Origin: Eledone cirrhosa
Taxonomy: Eukaryota
Length of the DNA: 64,000 nucleotides
NCBI GenBank assembly: GCA_964016885.1
Contig: OZ024741.1
Coordinates: forward strand, 349,804,001-349,868,000
Reading direction: 5' to 3'
The position numbers were made by a program, and so were the translations under genes. Shown one piece after another: positions 58,706 to 64,000 of this stretch. The notes under the pieces were generated by a model that was not told where the DNA came from, searched no databases, and saw only the letters and a program-made list of their open reading frames with translations. How positions within the stretch are numbered: the first letter of the stretch is position 1; each line of letters starts with the position of its first letter.

Positions 58706-61700
58706 CTACAGGCTGATATAGAGAGAAGGCCCATTCACTCGGGCCATTCTCGCCACTTTCACCCACCTTTCATAAAACTTGCTGGGGTACAGCACCTCTC
58801 TCTCCATCCTGATTCTTCTTCCAAAGTGGTATTTGAAAAAAAGAATCAGTTGTTGGCCGGAGAGAAAGGTGTCTGACCTCAGCCCTTTCAACCTTGTCCA
58901 CCATACAACCTCTTTCGCCATAGCTATCACACAAAGGAAAACCGCCTCTCCTTCGTTTTTGAAGGAGGGTGGCGCTTTGATCATGACAATGGACTCGGTG
59001 GTCAACTGGATTGGTCCCACCCGCGACAATAGTCGTTCTACATAGCCCCACAGGTCAGTGACGCCCGGGCAGTGTATGAATGCGTGCGCGACGGTTTCTT
59101 CGTCTCGCACGCACCTCGGACAGATCTTTTTTGCAGGGTCCCTGCCCGGGCGCCCATGTCTGTAGAGCTTGTCTCGAACTGGTAGAGCTCCTCGGTAGCA
59201 CTGCCAGGCCAGGGACTTTTGGAAGTTGTCCATCGGTCCCGGGCGGAAGGTCCTACCGAACAGACTGGCCAGTTCATCTTCCTCCACGCCTAGAGTTTCA
59301 CCGAGCGCGTCGTCGCACTTGCTGCGGACCAACCCTCTATAGAATGACGAAGTGGAGTCTCCACTGATCGCCGGGTCCGCCTGCCAGAGGGCTGTGAGCG
59401 CCTGAGCACATTCGATGTGCCAGTCGCCCATTTTCCTCGGTCTCTGCTTGACCCAGGACTGCAGCTCGGTCAGCGAGACGAGTCGTGGGAAGGCTCGCCT
59501 CACGAACGGGGCCCACACCGGTTGTCCGGTGAGGAATACGTAGAGATGCCGCAGCCTGAGCGCGTGTTTGCGCATCGTCAACCACGGCATCCCCAGCCCT
59601 CCGTTAGAAGGGTGTTGGCAGCAGATGGATCTTCTTACCAAAGGAGCCCGCCTCTTCCAAAGGAATCGGAAGAGGGCGCGCTCCATTTTGGCGAGCGTTT
59701 TGGCTGGACAAGGCACGACGGTCAAGCGGTAGTAGATGGCGGACGCTATAAAAGTGTTCGCCACCTCCGCTCGACCTTTCAAGGATAGTTTGCACTCGGC
59801 CCACTTCTGGGTGAGTGCAAACACCTTGGCCGTCACTTCGTTCCAGTTCTTCTCCACCTGGAGGTCCGGACCAAACCAGACCCCGAGCAGCTTTACCGGT
59901 CCTTCCGTCCAGCGTCCGACGACGCCATCGGAAGGCATCGGTCTGCCTCTCCACGATCCGAGTTGCAAACCGATGGACTTGTCCCGGTTCAGCTTCGCTC
60001 CTGTGAGACTTTCGTATTCCTTTAGTAAGGTGCCGACTTCCTCGATTTGCGAGGCGCTCGACACCATTACTGTCACGTCGTCGGCGTAGGCCGACGCCGC
60101 TTTCCGCAGTCCCGGTTCCAGAGGGATGCCCTGCAATAGCTCCAGCTTCCGCAGTAGTGGCTCGAGAGTCAGTACGTACAGAAGGGAGGAGAGAGGGCAT
60201 CCCTGTCGAATGGATCGCGTAATATGGAACGGCTCCGAGAGGTAACCGTTCACCTTGACCCTTGAGCAGATGTTGCTGTTGTGCATTGCAGCAATCCAGC
60301 CCCTGAACACGGGTCCGAAGCCTGCCGCCTCGAGCACCGCATCCAGGTAACGATGGTCAACCCTATCGAAAGCCTTAGACTGATCCAAGTTGATCAGGGC
60401 CCCACCGAAGCCGGGTTTACACCCTACCCTCTCTATGATGTATCGCATGAGGTGGAGGTTGTCGTGTATGGACCTGGTCGGGATCGCGCATGTCTGCGCT
60501 TCTCCCACCAGGTTCTCGACGACAAGCGCCAGCCTCTTTGCCAACACCTTGGCCAAAATCTGTAACTCTGTGTTTAGCAGAGTTATGGGCCGGAAGTTGC
60601 CTATGTCATCCCCCTTATTCTCGTCCTTCCTGATTAGTGTGACCACGCCCCCGGTTACAGAACTGGGAATTCTCCCGTTCTGTTGCCAGTTGCAGTAGAC
60701 CGCTTCCAGGAGACCGGAGAATAAGTCCGGCATTGCTACGTAAAATTCGTAGGGTAGACCGTCGAGACCTGGAGATTTGCGTTTGCCGCATTGGCTCAGC
60801 GCGTCCCCTATCTCAGTGGCTGAAATCGGCTTTTCGCAGAACTTCGCCTCGCTGTCCGAGAGTCGCGGTAGGCCGTCGAGGTATGGACCGAAATCCATAG
60901 CCTCTCCCGGCGCGCCGCTCCCCCCGAACAGCCGAGCAAAGTGCCGCTGAAAAGCCGCACACATCTGCTTCGGCTCACGTATCACGCGTCCGTTTTGGTC
61001 CTTCAAAGACCGAATCGTGGACTTGTTGCCACTTTTTGCCTCCGTCACTCGGGCCCAGCTAACAGCTTTGGCTCCCTCGTTTCCCAGAGCACGTATTTTG
61101 CTTCTGACAACGCAGCCCTCGTGCTTTGCGTCGAAGAACTGGTCCAAGGCCGTTCTCGTTGCTAGCACGCTGGCTACGTTGCCACTTCTAATAGCCTCTT
61201 CTACTTTATCTACCAGTTCCTTCTCGGTTCTATTTCTATCTAACGCTAATTCTTTACTAAAAACTATCGAGTCTAATCTAACTGCCCTCTTGAGAGAGTA
61301 CCACCATCTGTTGTTGACAATGGCCCCTGTCAAGTGCTGTTTAACTAAAGTGCTAATCCGTCTACTGTAGGCTTTGCTTGTCGGTAACGACAAGTTCAGC
61401 TTCCAGTAGCCGGGTCCTTGTCTATGGGTTCTATCAAGGTTGGCCATGCAGGTCACTAGTTTGTGATCTGAATAGGCAACCATGAACATTTGTGGACAGC
61501 TTAACATGTCCCTATCCTTATTTCTAACTAGAACCCTATCTAGGTACGATCTAGATGTTCCGCTACGATTACTCCACGTCCACAGTGGCGCAGTCGGAAA
61601 ATCTAGTCGATATCTATCGGCCAGGTCAAATCGGTCGATTAACTGTTTGAGGCTGTTACACCCCCCTTTATCGGGACATGCTCCCACATAGTCCCAACGT

Positions 61701-62143
61701 GCATCTAGGATTCCATTCCAGTCCCCCACTAAAAGCAAGGAGCGGGACGTTCCCAGAAAAGTCTCTAGACGTTTGAAGAAGTCTGGCCGCGGTGTCCCGG
61801 ATGGGGCATATGCGGCCACCAGCCTGAACGCTCCACCTTCACTACCGTCAACGTCTAGGACCACCAGTCGACCCCCCGGGTCCAGATGTACCGTCTGTGT
61901 TACGAGGCCCAGGTGTTTCCGCAGCAAAACGGCAACTCCGCCCCCACCCCCCGGTTGACAGAGAGATGCGTAGATCTCAAAGTCATCGAAGATGGGGGCC
62001 AGCTGTCGCTCGCCGTGGATCCTGGACTCGCAAATGGCTACCACATCCAAACTGTGCGACCTGAGGTCGTTTAAGAGTTTGCCCTGTTTCCAAGGCATCC
62101 CCAGGCCGCGTACGTTCACACATCCAACTCTTATATTGGCCAT
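58706..62143 (-). CDS. ORF2 of a Tx1-clade (L1 superfamily) non-LTR retrotransposon: APE endonuclease, reverse transcriptase, C-terminal Cys/His finger
   Basis: 1145-aa uninterrupted ORF. APE motifs NVRGL, GDWN, YLDR, SDH; linker GYWKLN; RT motifs KSPGLDG, FRPITLLN, LDQSKAFDRV, IRQGCPLS, YADD; C-terminal CPRC-x7-HAFIHC. Confidence 0.96.
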   Translation of the reverse strand: MANIRVGCVNVRGLGMPWKQGKLLNDLRSHSLDVVAICESRIHGERQLAPIFDDFEIYASLCQPGGGGGVAVLLRKHLGLVTQTVHLDPGGRLVVLDVDGSEGGAFRLVAAYAPSGTPRPDFFKRLETFLGTSRSLLLVGDWNGILDARWDYVGACPDKGGCNSLKQLIDRFDLADRYRLDFPTAPLWTWSNRSGTSRSYLDRVLVRNKDRDMLSCPQMFMVAYSDHKLVTCMANLDRTHRQGPGYWKLNLSLPTSKAYSRRISTLVKQHLTGAIVNNRWWYSLKRAVRLDSIVFSKELALDRNRTEKELVDKVEEAIRSGNVASVLATRTALDQFFDAKHEGCVVRSKIRALGNEGAKAVSWARVTEAKSGNKSTIRSLKDQNGRVIREPKQMCAAFQRHFARLFGGSGAPGEAMDFGPYLDGLPRLSDSEAKFCEKPISATEIGDALSQCGKRKSPGLDGLPYEFYVAMPDLFSGLLEAVYCNWQQNGRIPSSVTGGVVTLIRKDENKGDDIGNFRPITLLNTELQILAKVLAKRLALVVENLVGEAQTCAIPTRSIHDNLHLMRYIIERVGCKPGFGGALINLDQSKAFDRVDHRYLDAVLEAAGFGPVFRGWIAAMHNSNICSRVKVNGYLSEPFHITRSIRQGCPLSSLLYVLTLEPLLRKLELLQGIPLEPGLRKAASAYADDVTVMVSSASQIEEVGTLLKEYESLTGAKLNRDKSIGLQLGSWRGRPMPSDGVVGRWTEGPVKLLGVWFGPDLQVEKNWNEVTAKVFALTQKWAECKLSLKGRAEVANTFIASAIYYRLTVVPCPAKTLAKMERALFRFLWKRRAPLVRRSICCQHPSNGGLGMPWLTMRKHALRLRHLYVFLTGQPVWAPFVRRAFPRLVSLTELQSWVKQRPRKMGDWHIECAQALTALWQADPAISGDSTSSFYRGLVRSKCDDALGETLGVEEDELASLFGRTFRPGPMDNFQKSLAWQCYRGALPVRDKLYRHGRPGRDPAKKICPRCVRDEETVAHAFIHCPGVTDLWGYVERLLSRVGPIQLTTESIVMIKAPPSFKNEGEAVFLCVIAMAKEVVWWTRLKGLRSDTFLSGQQLILFFKYHFGRRIRMEREVLYPSKFYERWVKVARMARVNGPSLYISL

Positions 62144-62176
62144 GTTGGTGCTGAAAAGTTAAAAGAGGAAAAGAGA

Positions 62177-64000
62177 TCACTCACCCTTCGCCTCCTGGGG
62201 ACCAGGCCGCACGATTTCCATGGGGGTGTTGGAGGGGTTGTCTGGATGGGTGGTGGTTTCCGGCGGGGTGGGGACGCAGATGTTTGGTGGGGTGGGGTCT
62301 GGTGGAATGGGGGTGTCTGGGGTGGGGAGGCATTTGAGAAGGACGCGGTTGAGTGGTTTCACGCAGGAATTCCCCACATCCTTCTCAAATGTTTCTTTTA
62401 GGGACCTATAAGTTTGTATAGGGACCCTAATCAGTTTTAGGTTCATTTTTTTGCTATTTTTTATAGAGTGGGCGAAAGTTTTCCCTTCGGTGAAAACCGA
62501 AGGGTCGTTCGTAATGGTCTCCATTAGTGTTTTGTTTTCAGTGTTTATGTAAGTGTAAGTGTAATTTTCTTGTGTTGTGTTTGTTTTTGTCTGTAGTTCT
62601 TGTGTGTGCTTTCGTTTTGTTGTAGGTATTTTGTTTTCAGGAGGTGGGGGTTTTGTTTGTGATATTTTTGTTGTTTGTGTTGGTGGTTGTATGTTTGTGG
62701 TAGTGTTTGCTGGTTTTTTGCTTTTGTGATGTCTTTTCTTTCTTTTCGAGCGATGGGGTTCTCCCTCGTCTTCACTGGGTGATGGCGAGATAGCCTCATC
62801 TGTTGTATCGTCTGTGTGATTGGGGAGGGGTATGTCTTGGGGAGCTGTTGTGTCTGTATGTGATTTTGCAGTGGTTTTAGGTGGAGTGAGGTTGGGTGGG
62901 ACTGTGTTTGTTGTGGTTATTTTTGTGTGTTGGTGTTGTTGTTGTAGTGGTGGTGTTGGTGGTTGTGTTGTTTTGATGGGTGTTGGCAGAAGAGCCTTTT
63001 TTTGGTTCATTAGTTTAGGACAGGAAGCCCTCAGGTGACCCCTGCTAAAGCAATGGTAACATGAAGGCCGCCTACCCTCAACCGAAAGGTTTATGTAGGT
63101 AAGTCCGTCCAGGAGTACACGCTGTGGGATCATAGCTATTCGCTCTGGGCTCATTTGCACCAGAACTTCAATGCTAGTCCCATTGAATACATCTCTGGGG
63201 GACTTGCCTACTGACAGTATTCTGTCTTCATCAAAATTGATGAAGCCGCACAGTATCCACCATATGTTCACCTTTGGTGTGACACTTGTGATTCTGATCT
63301 TTTGTGTCCTTTTTCCCATGTATGTAGGGAAAAAGGTGTACAGGTTGGATACAATTGGCGACACAGAGTAATTTTGGGCCGTCAATTGATCCTTCATCAG
63401 TACCGAAATACTCCCAAAAAGTTTGCTTCTTTGAATGAATGCAATATCATTCATTGAATCTTTGAAAACCAGTTCAATATCTTTCTGTGACAATTGGACT
63501 GGTTTTCGGGTAGAATTGGAAACTGTCCTAAAAACTATCGTTTTGAGAGCAGTTTCCTTGCGAATTTCTACCGGAGAATTGATGCTGAAAGCACCATTTT
63601 TTTCGAAGGTGACATATCTCTTAGCGTCCTTTAAAAGGTGTTCAGCATTTGTTATGTCGAGATATATCAATTGTTCTTTCTTTTGAACTTTCTCCGCAAA
63701 GGAGATTTTTGGTTTCTTTGTGGAATCCGTATTGGTGGTGTTGTCATTATTGTTGTTATTCTTGTTGTTATTCTTGTTGTCACCGATGTTGGTATCATCC
63801 GTATTTTCCTTGGTGTTGTTGTTGTCTTTGATGCTGGTGTTATTGGCGTTGTCTTTATTTTTTTCTTTGTTGTTGTTATCATTGTTGCTTTTATCATCAT
63901 TATTGGTTTTGCTGTTATTTTTGTTGTCATTGAGCTGTTTGGTGTCATTTGTGTTGTTTGGGTGTGAATTCGTTTTTTTATTTTCATTTTGTCTTTCCAT
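62177..64000 (-). CDS. ORF1 (gag-like nucleic-acid-binding protein) of the same Tx1-type element
   Basis: 607-aa ORF ending 33 nt upstream of ORF2, same strand. CCHC zinc knuckle CYHCFSRGHLRASC, SFAEKV motif, Asn-rich N-terminus, Pro/Thr-rich C-half. The ATG is at the window edge, so the true start may be further out. Confidence 0.9.
   Translation of the reverse strand: MERQNENKKTNSHPNNTNDTKQLNDNKNNSKTNNDDKSNNDNNNKEKNKDNANNTSIKDNNNTKENTDDTNIGDNKNNNKNNNNNDNTTNTDSTKKPKISFAEKVQKKEQLIYLDITNAEHLLKDAKRYVTFEKNGAFSINSPVEIRKETALKTIVFRTVSNSTRKPVQLSQKDIELVFKDSMNDIAFIQRSKLFGSISVLMKDQLTAQNYSVSPIVSNLYTFFPTYMGKRTQKIRITSVTPKVNIWWILCGFINFDEDRILSVGKSPRDVFNGTSIEVLVQMSPERIAMIPQRVLLDGLTYINLSVEGRRPSCYHCFSRGHLRASCPKLMNQKKALLPTPIKTTQPPTPPLQQQHQHTKITTTNTVPPNLTPPKTTAKSHTDTTAPQDIPLPNHTDDTTDEAISPSPSEDEGEPHRSKRKKRHHKSKKPANTTTNIQPPTQTTKISQTKPPPPENKIPTTKRKHTQELQTKTNTTQENYTYTYINTENKTLMETITNDPSVFTEGKTFAHSIKNSKKMNLKLIRVPIQTYRSLKETFEKDVGNSCVKPLNRVLLKCLPTPDTPIPPDPTPPNICVPTPPETTTHPDNPSNTPMEIVRPGPQEAKGE

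Larger units (their letters stand above)
58463..64000 (-). mobile_element. Tx1-type non-LTR retrotransposon, probably intact; 5' end outside window
   Basis: ORF1 + ORF2, ~240-nt 3' UTR, AATAAA on minus strand (tttatt 58473-58478), then (TCTA)n at 58421-58465. Confidence 0.92.

Overview
AT-rich, microsatellite-saturated animal DNA with no recognisable host exon. The (TA)n/(CA)n/(GA)n load and SINE set suggest a cephalopod such as Octopus (inference). Content is almost all mobile DNA: an apparently intact two-ORF Tx1/L1-superfamily retrotransposon (58463-64000, minus), two R4/Dong-like REL elements next to (TAA)n, RTE and CRE fragments, a decayed Penelope-like RT + GIY-YIG remnant, many tRNA-derived Meta-type SINEs, a hAT-like MITE and a 14-bp minisatellite. 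The hidden signal is non-coding. About 20 type I hammerhead ribozyme (HHR) motifs from roughly ten unrelated repeat families occur on both strands, most with a palindromic mini stem III and often an AATAAA just downstream. Several families are inserted in (TA)n with one shared asymmetric fold-back architecture: inverted arm, spacer, forward arm, unpaired tail. One family has about nine copies with fixed outer ends, arms from 17 bp to ~890 bp, and a non-canonical CUGAGAA core. All structures were folded by eye; no database search was possible.
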